IMG/VR virus record: IMGVR_UViG_3300020043_000553
Span: 1-28,790 of that record
DNA from: a virus
Lineage: Duplodnaviria > Caudoviricetes
Direction: 5' to 3' (one strand)
DNA length: 28,790 nucleotides
Shown: in pieces, positions 21,984-28,790 of the stretch
Layout of the letters: each line of letters starts with the position of its first letter
Numbering within the stretch: the stretch's first letter is position 1
Made by a program: the position numbers and the translations under genes
Notes under the pieces: generated by a model
The model's input: the letters and a program-made list of their open reading frames with translations, nothing else
The model's database searches: none
What the model was told of the DNA's origin: nothing

Positions 21984-22553
21984 TCAAATTATTTTTGGGC
22001 GCTGGATCACAGTCTGCTTGACGCCATCACGCACGCCGTGCTCTTTGACCGTAGCCGTTACATTGACGGTGTGGCCCTTGCCGGGGATGGCGTTGGAGCT
22101 GCCCTTGTAGATGATCACGTTCTGGTCTGCGTCTTCGCAGATGTTGATGTAGGTCGTACCGTACATGCCATGCAGCACAACAACGTGGACCACGGTCAGC
22201 TCAAGGGTGACCTTCTGGCCCACAGCGCCGATATGGGCACGCTTGGCGTCCAGAGCGGCCTTCTCGCTGGCCCACTCAGCCTTCTTGGCTGCACGGGCGT
22301 CAATGCCCTTGAGGATGGCCTCGCACTGCTTTGGAGTGAGCTTGCCGTAGGTATCCAAGGCTTGGGCCATGGAACCCATGAAGCCTTCTTTGTAGGACTC
22401 GTTGCCATTGTTGTCGTAGTCTCGGCCAGCGTCGGCGGCGTCGAGGATCTCGTGGGCGCGAGGAGTGTTGGCAAGCCAAGTCTTGCGTGCGTTCATGAGG
22501 ATGTTGCGCTTGCGGCCTGCTTCCCATGCTGCTTTGTGTTCGATGTTTGCCAT
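21984..22553 (-). CDS. Hypothetical protein with C-terminal OB-fold-like domain, 189 aa
   Basis: HIGAVGQKVTLELTV...G.YGTTYI...D...NVIIYK...ATVKEH....G.KQTVIQRPK beta-barrel pattern. Confidence 0.7.
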   Translation of the reverse strand: MANIEHKAAWEAGRKRNILMNARKTWLANTPRAHEILDAADAGRDYDNNGNESYKEGFMGSMAQALDTYGKLTPKQCEAILKGIDARAAKKAEWASEKAALDAKRAHIGAVGQKVTLELTVVHVVVLHGMYGTTYINICEDADQNVIIYKGSSNAIPGKGHTVNVTATVKEHGVRDGVKQTVIQRPKII

Positions 22554-22557
22554 GTCT

Positions 22558-22654
22558 GTCTTTCAGTTACCCGGCTCAGATGCCGTATGCGTATTTGAAC
22601 AGAAAATTCAACTGTGTGCAATACCCACACAATTTACTTGGCTTTTCTGTTCAA
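22558..22654 (-). promoter_or_regulatory. Repeated leader copy 2 plus an extra upstream palindrome variant
   Basis: Palindrome at 22595-22611, hairpin CGGC-ATCTGA-GCCG, and a second inverted site ttggcttttctgttcaa at 22638-22654. Confidence 0.75.
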
Positions 22655-22821
22655 TCGCACTGCTTCTCCTTCTCCCTTATTGATGGGATGCTGGGTCCTT
22701 GCTCTACCCGCTCACCCCGGAGGTATTGGAGCATCTCTAGGGTTGTCAGGCGGGGGTGGCGCTCGATCTGGGTCAGGACGTAGGCGTAGCCGTCGTTGAA
22801 GCCCTTGATGTACTCGCTCAT
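22651..22821 (-). CDS. Hypothetical protein, ~56 aa
   Basis: MSEYIKGFNDGY... An alternative GTG start at 22836 overlaps the upstream stop. Confidence 0.55.
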   Translation of the reverse strand: MSEYIKGFNDGYAYVLTQIERHPRLTTLEMLQYLRGERVEQGPSIPSIREKEKQCD

Positions 22822-22832
22822 AACTGTCTCGC

Positions 22833-22958
22833 TCACTGCTTTTCTTTCAAAAATGCCCAGATCAGTCCTTCGCACCGTGTGCATCGGTACACGTAGAGGT
22901 CGGGTGGTAGGTACTCAATGCCGAAGTTGCTCGGCTCCCAACGGTGTTTGCAGGTCAT
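22833..22958 (-). CDS. Small putative Zn-ribbon protein, 41 aa (not in ORF track)
   Basis: MTCKHRWEPSNFGIEYLPPDLYVYRCTRCEGLIWAFLKEKQ, with CxH...CxxC. ATGA overlap and AGGAG RBS. Confidence 0.6.
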   Translation of the reverse strand: MTCKHRWEPSNFGIEYLPPDLYVYRCTRCEGLIWAFLKEKQ

Positions 22959-23416
22959 GTGTTCTTCTCCTTGAGTTTGGCTTCGATGGCTTCGGCAAAT
23001 TCATCAAGCTCTTGCCCCATTGCAAATTCGTCGTAAAGATGCTTCCAGTCTGCGTCCGTCAGCCCAACCCATGTGCGCTGTGCTGGTGGGGATGTGTAGA
23101 GGGCAATCGGCTTGTATGTGCTTGAGGGTTTCTTCCACCTGAAATACTTGTGGCCCACTGCGTTCTCACACAGGTAGGCAACAGGCTCTTGCTGTGCTGG
23201 CTGCTCTGCCAATGCTTTTTGCAGGGCAATGATTTCATCAGCAAACCGATCAAAATCTTGCCGCTTTACTTGGTATCGCTCCATTGCCTCCATCTCTGAG
23301 GGCCATGAGTTGCGTTCGTCAGCACGGATAAGCTCGGCAAAGCGTTCAAGTCCTCGCGCATATACCGGCCCACCTACCAACCCAGCCTCCCGCGCCATTT
23401 CAATTACGGTCTTCAT
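22955..23416 (-). CDS. Mosaic hypothetical protein, 153 aa
   Basis: Modules MAREAG...LERFAELIRADER, AQQEPVA and WVGLTD...IEAKLKEKNT. Confidence 0.75.
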   Translation of the reverse strand: MKTVIEMAREAGLVGGPVYARGLERFAELIRADERNSWPSEMEAMERYQVKRQDFDRFADEIIALQKALAEQPAQQEPVAYLCENAVGHKYFRWKKPSSTYKPIALYTSPPAQRTWVGLTDADWKHLYDEFAMGQELDEFAEAIEAKLKEKNT

Positions 23417-24123
23417 GTGTTCTCCTTGATTGCATAGTCGTGAAATATCGCCCCCTTGCTTGCGTCACCCACCTTGCAGGACTTGACCCAGACATTCTTT
23501 CCCGTCTTGAGCCTTCTCAGGTGGCCTCTGCGCTCATGCAGGCGGGGGGATGCGTGCGTGCCACCTTTGGACTCTTGGCGGGGTTTGGATGGCTCAATCC
23601 ACACCGTTGTCCAGTCGTAAGTCGGTAGCTTGCCTTGCTGCATTTTTCGGCGGTTGGTAAAGGTGTCGCGCATTGTTGGGATGTGCGCCTCAATGCGTCT
23701 ATCCATTGCGCCGTACCAAGCGCCAATTTGAGCCAGCATGATTTCCGCAAGCTCCTTGTCTATCGGCTCATCATCACTGACTGCGCCGTAACGGATGTTG
23801 TCATCCTCGATGAAGTAGAACATCGCAGGGATGGGGCGTAGCCTTGTGCCGCTTGGCCCCTTCCACATTGACACCGTAATGCCCTCGTTTGGATCAGTCC
23901 CAGCCACCAGCATAAGAACCTCATAGCTCGGGTGGCTGCGAGTTTTCCCCTTCCAAGTGACAAAGCATTTGTCAAATGGTGGGCGATGCGTCATCACAGG
24001 CTCAAGGTTGGCGTGTTGATGCTCCGAAAACGCCCCAGTTAGGTCAAACCATTTGATGTCCACAATGTCCACGCCAGCATCAGCCATCAGCTTCATAGAG
24101 TCACGAACAAGTTGAGTAGTCAT
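23413..24123 (-). CDS. Hypothetical protein with C-terminal HASPRxHxRRGH motif, 236 aa
   Basis: GGTHASPRLHERRGHLRRL..G..VWV....VG....G.I..DY. ATGA-coupled. Confidence 0.8.
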   Translation of the reverse strand: MTTQLVRDSMKLMADAGVDIVDIKWFDLTGAFSEHQHANLEPVMTHRPPFDKCFVTWKGKTRSHPSYEVLMLVAGTDPNEGITVSMWKGPSGTRLRPIPAMFYFIEDDNIRYGAVSDDEPIDKELAEIMLAQIGAWYGAMDRRIEAHIPTMRDTFTNRRKMQQGKLPTYDWTTVWIEPSKPRQESKGGTHASPRLHERRGHLRRLKTGKNVWVKSCKVGDASKGAIFHDYAIKENT

Positions 24124-24650
24124 GTGTTCTTGCTCCGTAATTTGGCTTCGACTTCACGGACAAGCATCAACTCGTTCTTCCCAACGCCTTGATAAATATC
24201 GTCAATCTCCTCATCCGTCAGCCCAACCCAAGGGCGCTGTGCTGCGGGATAAACAAGATGACCGCCGTTTGCGTAGTGCTTTGCCACAGGCTCCTGCTGT
24301 GCTGACTCATAGTCCAGACCCAACTCACGGGCGTTCTCTGCCTTCTTGTCGAGGGCTTGCTCCACTGCACGGCCAGCGTCATAGCCGTAGTTCCACCCCA
24401 TCTCAACGAGATCGAGTTGGGCTTCGCTGTAATGCTCGGTGCGGGGGACGCCATGCTCCAGCACGTTGCCGCGCTTCCACTGCGCAAAGCTGCGGTAGAT
24501 GTCGATCCTTGGCTCCTGCTCTGGCTGTGCCAAGGCTTCTTTGATGGCGGTGATGGCTACTTTGGCTCGGTCTGATTGCCATTGACTGTTGTTGCTCCAT
24601 TCAATCTCGCCAAACGCCTCCAGCGCCAGCTTCATTGCTTTGCGGCTCAT
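24120..24650 (-). CDS. Mosaic hypothetical protein, ~176 aa
   Basis: Start reassigned to MSRKAMKLAL (ATGA overlap). Shares AQQEPVA and WVGLTD...EAKL..KNT with the 153-aa gene. Confidence 0.75.
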   Translation of the reverse strand: MSRKAMKLALEAFGEIEWSNNSQWQSDRAKVAITAIKEALAQPEQEPRIDIYRSFAQWKRGNVLEHGVPRTEHYSEAQLDLVEMGWNYGYDAGRAVEQALDKKAENARELGLDYESAQQEPVAKHYANGGHLVYPAAQRPWVGLTDEEIDDIYQGVGKNELMLVREVEAKLRSKNT

Positions 24651-24976
24651 ACCCCACCCCCCTTCTTCTTGCACGGCCAACGGCTCTCCAACGTAGCCTG
24701 AACGTAAAGGTCAGCAGACAAATGCCGCTCAGACGGCACGCGCTCCAAAGTCTGCTTGACCATATCTGCCATCTGCCCCAACGTTACCGTATTCGGCGGG
24801 ATGCAAATCGACACACCAGACAGCGCATCATGAACGCCAGCAATGTAGCCATTGGCAATTGTCGGGTTGGATGTCAGGCGGGTAAGCAAGTCCTGACCCG
24901 TGTACATGGTGGAGCTGGGCTGCGCTTGTGCGCTGCCAAAAAGCAGCGCCAAAAGGATTAGCGCCGCTTTTTTCAT
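24647..24976 (-). CDS. Rap1a-like (T6SS amidase-immunity family) exported protein
   Basis: Signal peptide MKKAALILLALLFGSAQA, followed by TGQDL...GYIAGVHD...ICIP..VTLGQ...V...L...P..RH..A...V...L...WPC. Confidence 0.75.
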   Translation of the reverse strand: MKKAALILLALLFGSAQAQPSSTMYTGQDLLTRLTSNPTIANGYIAGVHDALSGVSICIPPNTVTLGQMADMVKQTLERVPSERHLSADLYVQATLESRWPCKKKGGGV

Positions 24977-25254
24977 GCTGTGTACTCAATGGCTTGCAGA
25001 TTGGAAATCCGCTCATTGATCTCTGTGACCGTCTTCTGGTAGTCAGCCATGACCTTCTGCTTGTACCTCTCCAGAGCTGCAATCTTCTGCGCTCGGGGAT
25101 CGTAGTCGTCTGGCACTTCGATCTCAATCTCCTGCTCACCAACATAGGTGCGGGACTCGTTGTCTTCCAGCTTGCAAGAGTAGACGGTGTAGTCACCCTC
25201 GTTTTGCCATGAGAACTGGTTGTAAAAAATGTGGACGGTGGTCTTGACTTTCAT
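24973..25254 (-). CDS. Hypothetical protein, 93 aa
   Basis: AGGAG RBS, C-terminal coiled coil. Confidence 0.75.
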   Translation of the reverse strand: MKVKTTVHIFYNQFSWQNEGDYTVYSCKLEDNESRTYVGEQEIEIEVPDDYDPRAQKIAALERYKQKVMADYQKTVTEINERISNLQAIEYTA

Positions 25255-25289
25255 GGTGCTCTCCTGTGGTGGCCGTAGCCTCCGTTAAA

Positions 25290-25514
25290 TTAAATTGCTT
25301 TTGCCACCCAAACAGTGGTTTGTCCATTTGCCCAAAATTGGTCTGGGTGTTGCTCCCAAGAGCCTCCTACGTCATCTTTCGGAGGCTTGTGACCCGCAGC
25401 CACATAAATGTCGCCGATGGCATAAATAGGTCTGGTGGTTCTGGTTGGTTGGTAGCGGTAGCTACCAAGCTCTGCTATGTCAAGCCCAAAGGTTGCTGCA
25501 ATGATGTGTTTCAC
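25290..25514 (-). CDS. Hypothetical protein, 74 aa
   Basis: GTG start with AAGGAG RBS. Confidence 0.65.
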   Translation of the reverse strand: MKHIIAATFGLDIAELGSYRYQPTRTTRPIYAIGDIYVAAGHKPPKDDVGGSWEQHPDQFWANGQTTVWVAKAI

Positions 25515-25529
25515 AATGACTCCTTGAAT

Positions 25530-25543
25530 GGGGCCGAAGCCCC
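25530..25543 (-). other. GGGGC-TTCG-GCCCC hairpin
   Basis: Identical to the hairpin at 4772-4785. Intergenic, no U-tract. Confidence 0.55.
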
Positions 25544-25549
25544 GTGGGT

Positions 25550-25846
25550 TTAACGTGTGGTGGTCTTGACGCTGAACACAGCAGTCACTTTGGTGTGACG
25601 CGCAATCTGCTCAGGTGTTGCGCCCAACTCGGCCAAGAGAGCCTTGTTGTCAACGGTGTTGCGGTTGGATGCCACCACAGTGGCCTTGAAGAGGTTTCCC
25701 TCGAACACGTTGGTTGCGCCAGCCAATGTGGCTGCGTCCTTGATGGTGTCTTTGATAGCGTTGGCCTTTACTTCCAACTCTGCGATTTGGGCCAGCAAGA
25801 AACCCAGTTGGTCAACTTGGGTCAGGGCGATGTCGTTTGCGTTCAT
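25550..25846 (-). CDS. Hypothetical protein, 98 aa
   Basis: Start reassigned to MNANDIAL after leader copy 3 (AAGGA RBS). Contains VDQLG.L.AQIAEL. Confidence 0.75.
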   Translation of the reverse strand: MNANDIALTQVDQLGFLLAQIAELEVKANAIKDTIKDAATLAGATNVFEGNLFKATVVASNRNTVDNKALLAELGATPEQIARHTKVTAVFSVKTTTR

Positions 25847-25856
25847 GATCAGGTTC

Positions 25857-25919
25857 CTTTCAGTTACACAGCTCGTTTTGCTGTAGGTGTATTTGAACAC
25901 AAAATTCAAGGTTCACAAC
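25857..25919 (-). promoter_or_regulatory. Repeated leader copy 3
   Basis: Palindrome ttgaacacaaaattcaa at 25893-25909, hairpin ACAGC-AAAACGA-GCTGT, then GTAACTGAAAG. Confidence 0.75.
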
Positions 25920-25948
25920 ACCTTTTTGAAAATAATTGCAAAAAAACT

Positions 25949-26212
25949 CTAGGTGCTTTCCCTAATACGTTGGATTGTGACGTTCAGAGCCGCCAGCTCG
26001 TTCATCTTCTTGATTGCCCACATCCTGCGCTGGCCGTGCAGCCCTAGCAGGGGGCCACGGTGACAGTCTGAGCACAGAGCCACGCAGGTGTACTGGAGAC
26101 CCTGCTCGATATGGTGGGCCTCGCTCGGGCCGGGGGCGTCACAGACCGAGCACGGCAAGGACTTGACCGTGGCAAGATGCAAGCGTTCTTTGGCGTTGAG
26201 TTTGTTGTTCAT
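25949..26212 (-). CDS. HNH-like Zn-binding nuclease (DUF968/Ref-like)
   Basis: LPCSVC....EAHHI....VALCSDCHRG...GLHG. Confidence 0.7.
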   Translation of the reverse strand: MNNKLNAKERLHLATVKSLPCSVCDAPGPSEAHHIEQGLQYTCVALCSDCHRGPLLGLHGQRRMWAIKKMNELAALNVTIQRIREST

Positions 26213-26544
26213 ACAGTGGACTTGACCTCAAGACGGGTGTTGGCCTGCTCCGTCCTCCAGATGTCCGTTTTCATTCGCGCAGCCTCTAGCATCCATTTGA
26301 GTGTTTCCTCGGCCTCTATGGCCGCTGCAAGCCCCTTGAGGAGGGCTTGGTACTCAGGGTTGGCATAAGCTTCCCGCTCTTGCGCATTGGCCGCTTCTAT
26401 GCCGTTTGAGAGGGCATCCTTCATGAGCAAAGCCTTCTTGCTCTTGCGGAACTCCTCAAGGTAGATCCGTTCGGCTTTTGCCTTGGCATAACCGGGCGCG
26501 TTTTTAATGATGTACTCAACGGCTTTGTAGGGTACGTCAGTCAT
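26209..26544 (-). CDS. Conserved coiled-coil phage protein, 111 aa
   Basis: YAKAKAER.YLEEFRKSKKA...QEREAYA.PEY...WRTEQAN. ATGA-coupled. Confidence 0.75.
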   Translation of the reverse strand: MTDVPYKAVEYIIKNAPGYAKAKAERIYLEEFRKSKKALLMKDALSNGIEAANAQEREAYANPEYQALLKGLAAAIEAEETLKWMLEAARMKTDIWRTEQANTRLEVKSTV

Positions 26545-26720
26545 TTTGGAACCGCCTTGCTGTACACGGTGAACTTGCGGGACTTCTGCATCTGGGTGTT
26601 GCGCGTAGCAGCAACCGATGCCTTGAACTCCTTATCCGATGTCACCTCACTTGGTTTTTTCTGCCAATTGAAGGCGTTGTTGGTGCTCTTGACGATATTT
26701 GTTCCGGGCCAGTAGTTCAT
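26541..26720 (-). CDS. Small basic protein, 59 aa (not in ORF track)
   Basis: MNYWPGTNIVKSTNNAFNW...VPK. ATGA overlaps at both ends exactly fill the gap. Confidence 0.7.
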   Translation of the reverse strand: MNYWPGTNIVKSTNNAFNWQKKPSEVTSDKEFKASVAATRNTQMQKSRKFTVYSKAVPK

Positions 26721-27181
26721 GCTTTCATCCTTCTCATCTTTTGTTGCTTTAACTCTTTGTAGACAAGGTCAACGGCTCTTTCCATGTCTTTTATGGTGAT
26801 CACTTCCATCTGTGCGTCGTGCAGATCCATTACAAGATTCAGGTGGCTCATCTCATGAGCCTTCAAGACGAAGCGCCCCGTCTGCAACCCACGCTGTCCA
26901 ACGTCGTGCAGCGCGTCCAAGCCCTGCTGGACAACTTCGCCGTACTCTTCACCAAAACCTAGCCTGAACAAAGCCTCGACGACGTTGACCATGTTGACCA
27001 GCTCGTCCATCTCAGAACGCCCAGCACGGCCCTTTGTGAGGGCTTCCATGGCCCCGTGGTTTTTGATCTTCAGGTCGATCAGGTAGCTGTCGTGCTCCTT
27101 GACGGGCTTCAAGCTCTCCAGCACATAAGCTACAGGGTTGATCAGCTTCCCCTTTGGGCGGTACTTACTGCGCTTTTTCAT
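26717..27181 (-). CDS. Hypothetical protein, 154 aa
   Basis: Start reassigned to MKKRSKYRPK (ATGA overlap with the RusA stop, GGAGG RBS). Confidence 0.75.
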   Translation of the reverse strand: MKKRSKYRPKGKLINPVAYVLESLKPVKEHDSYLIDLKIKNHGAMEALTKGRAGRSEMDELVNMVNVVEALFRLGFGEEYGEVVQQGLDALHDVGQRGLQTGRFVLKAHEMSHLNLVMDLHDAQMEVITIKDMERAVDLVYKELKQQKMRRMKA

Positions 27182-27528
27182 GACACCTCCACAATCATTT
27201 TTCCGGGCTTTGACCCGTACTCGCGGAAGATGATCACAGGCTGGAACTGACGGTCGTTCACGCCCAGTGCATCGGCCATGCCGTCCAGCCCTGCTTTTGC
27301 GGCTGCAAGGCAGTTGTCGGTGTCTCTGAGGCGCTTGTCGGGCATCACAAAGGTCACCGTCAGCTTGAGGTTCTGTTCGGTAGGTGTCCAGCCCTTGAGT
27401 TGGCCTTTGGTCAGCCATGCGCTGTTGTCACGGTACAGCGTCTTGGCCTTGTGAGTCACAGTCCAGTGCGTGCCTTTGGACCTGTTGGGGAACAGGCAGG
27501 CCGGGGGGAAGTCCAGTTCGATCTTCAT
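27178..27528 (-). CDS. rusA: RusA-like Holliday junction resolvase
   Basis: LTVTF..PDKRLRDTDN.....K..LDGMADALGVND, the RusA catalytic DxDN...K...D pattern. Confidence 0.8.
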   Translation of the reverse strand: MKIELDFPPACLFPNRSKGTHWTVTHKAKTLYRDNSAWLTKGQLKGWTPTEQNLKLTVTFVMPDKRLRDTDNCLAAAKAGLDGMADALGVNDRQFQPVIIFREYGSKPGKMIVEVS

Positions 27529-28421
27529 GTAGCCTCCAGCGCGTAAACCTTATGGACCTTGCCGTGGTTGCCGTGATTGACGATAGTAGAGTTGACCCAA
27601 ATGTTGCCACTTAAAAGGCGGCGAATATGACCCCTTCTGAGGTGCTCTCTTGGGGATCTGTGACTGCCACCTTGATCTGCTGATTTTTCTCCAGATCGAC
27701 TGTTCACGACCAAGACGTGGTACAGGTCATAAGGCAAAGCTCCTTTCTTACGCTGTGCCAACTTGTTGTTCTTGACTGGAAGTTGCTCGGCGCTGACGTT
27801 CCTGCAACTGAGCGCCTCCATGAGGTTTAAAACGCAGTTGACCTCATCAAGCATGTCAAAGTAAGCGTGATCCTTCCAAGCCTCACCAAAAGTCTTTTCG
27901 GCGTGACCACCCATGTCGTAGTGATCAACAAGAAACTGCGAGATCACTGGAGTGTTGATGCCTTCTGGAGCCTCAAATTTTGCACCTTCAGCCAAATTTG
28001 CTGGAATGATTTCCGAGATATAAGGCTGCACAGTCCAGACATCATTGCCATAAGGATCTTTAAACGAAACGATGGATGCAATGGCTATGGTCTGATCATA
28101 CTGCTCTGCAAAGACAATTCTTTTATTTGCTGGTCTCGTGGCTCTTTCTCCAAAAACTTCTGTAGGCATACCTCCGGGTGATTTGCACTCATATTCAATG
28201 ACAATTCTTTCATAGGGCAAACGGTGCTCTTGAGAAAGTCCGGCCAATTTGGTATCGAACAACTTGCCATCAGTAGGCATAACAAACTTAACCGCTTCTT
28301 GGGCGCTTTTCAGCAAAGAAGTTGCATCTGAAATGTATTCTTTCGGAAATAACTCCGGATACTTCTTGAAGTGGCTGGCTACACCAACGACGGCCTGCCT
28401 TAAAAAGTCATGTGGTTGCAT
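27525..28421 (-). CDS. Hypothetical protein with C-terminal HRSPRxHxRRGH motif, 298 aa
   Basis: GGSHRSPREHLRRGHIRRL..G.IWV....V. Visibly more AT-rich than its neighbours. Confidence 0.8.
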   Translation of the reverse strand: MQPHDFLRQAVVGVASHFKKYPELFPKEYISDATSLLKSAQEAVKFVMPTDGKLFDTKLAGLSQEHRLPYERIVIEYECKSPGGMPTEVFGERATRPANKRIVFAEQYDQTIAIASIVSFKDPYGNDVWTVQPYISEIIPANLAEGAKFEAPEGINTPVISQFLVDHYDMGGHAEKTFGEAWKDHAYFDMLDEVNCVLNLMEALSCRNVSAEQLPVKNNKLAQRKKGALPYDLYHVLVVNSRSGEKSADQGGSHRSPREHLRRGHIRRLLSGNIWVNSTIVNHGNHGKVHKVYALEAT

Positions 28422-28431
28422 AGCTTCCTCA

Positions 28432-28707
28432 TTACCGCAGACGGTTCATGATGGCGATAGCAGCGTTCATAAGGGCCGTGGACAGCTCTCCCTCATCCTC
28501 CTGCTCCGCAAGGCGCTTGCACACCTCTGCGCAGGCTTGGCGCTCCATGTAGATGGCCTGCTTGGTGGTCTCAATTGCCACTTGCATGATCTCAGCCTTG
28601 CCCAGCGCCAGCGCCTCATCAAATTCAGCTTGGGTGAACATGGTGACGTGACCACCACCAGACAGAATTTGTCGAGCCAGTTGGCTCATCTCTTTTTTCT
28701 CAGACAT
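28432..28707 (-). CDS. Hypothetical protein, 91 aa
   Basis: AAGGAG RBS, ERQACAEVC motif common in phage early proteins. Confidence 0.7.
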   Translation of the reverse strand: MSEKKEMSQLARQILSGGGHVTMFTQAEFDEALALGKAEIMQVAIETTKQAIYMERQACAEVCKRLAEQEDEGELSTALMNAAIAIMNRLR

Positions 28708-28790
28708 TTGCTTTCTCCTTCTTTGCTAAGTCAAGTTCTTCTTGTACGCTGTCCAGACTGTTCTGCGTGCAGACAGTGAACAAGGTTTGG
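28700..28790 (-). CDS. 3' end of a gene entering from the right edge (partial)
   Basis: Open frame ...QTLFTVCTQNSLDSVQEELDLAKKEKANV* overlapping the next start. Confidence 0.4.
   Translation of the reverse strand, partial: QTLFTVCTQNSLDSVQEELDLAKKEKANV

Noticed and set aside
21906-25909. Shared N-terminal peptide MNFxFKYxYSKTSxVTER in ORFs 21657-21965 and 25550-25909
   Set aside because: It is just the translated leader repeat. The same frame in copy 2 hits a stop (GGC ATC TGA), so the true starts are the downstream ATGs.
27182-27418. N-terminal extension of the 233-aa ORF
   Set aside because: Overlaps rusA in another frame. The ATGA-coupled start at 27181 has its own RBS.
1-28790. CRISPR array, diversity-generating retroelement, integrase or IS element
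   Set aside because: No regularly spaced repeat-spacer array, reverse transcriptase, adenine-specific TR/VR pair, recombinase or transposase is visible in the window.

Overview
This window is a 28.8-kb piece of a tailed dsDNA phage genome (Caudoviricetes). The gene order is podovirus-like, and a proteobacterial host is only inferred. Almost all genes are on the minus strand. Reading right to left: (i) a mosaic early/middle region of small genes, including a RusA-like resolvase, an HNH-type Zn nuclease, a Rap1a-like periplasmic protein, an OB-fold protein and two paralogues with an HxRRGH motif, punctuated by three copies of a ~63-bp leader containing a 17-bp palindrome; (ii) a ~275-nt fully structured non-coding cluster (hairpin, D-armless tRNA-like RNA, multibranch RNA, atypical tRNA-CAT); (iii) terS and terL; (iv) a 1772-aa polyvalent protein (PcfJ-like, ADP-ribosyltransferase and HhH-glycosylase-like domains) facing a lone plus-strand small gene with its own promoter; (v) portal, GroES-like co-chaperonin, scaffold, major capsid and other virion genes; and (vi) a repeat-built tail fibre running off the left edge. 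The main candidate novelty is a short [hydrophobic/K]-[A/K]-x-G-G-x-V motif that recurs about 20 times in several head-region proteins, often at domain boundaries. This suggests a di-glycine processing or packaging signal for virion polyproteins. The unexplained structured RNAs are the second candidate. All family assignments come from motif recognition by eye, and no database searches were run.
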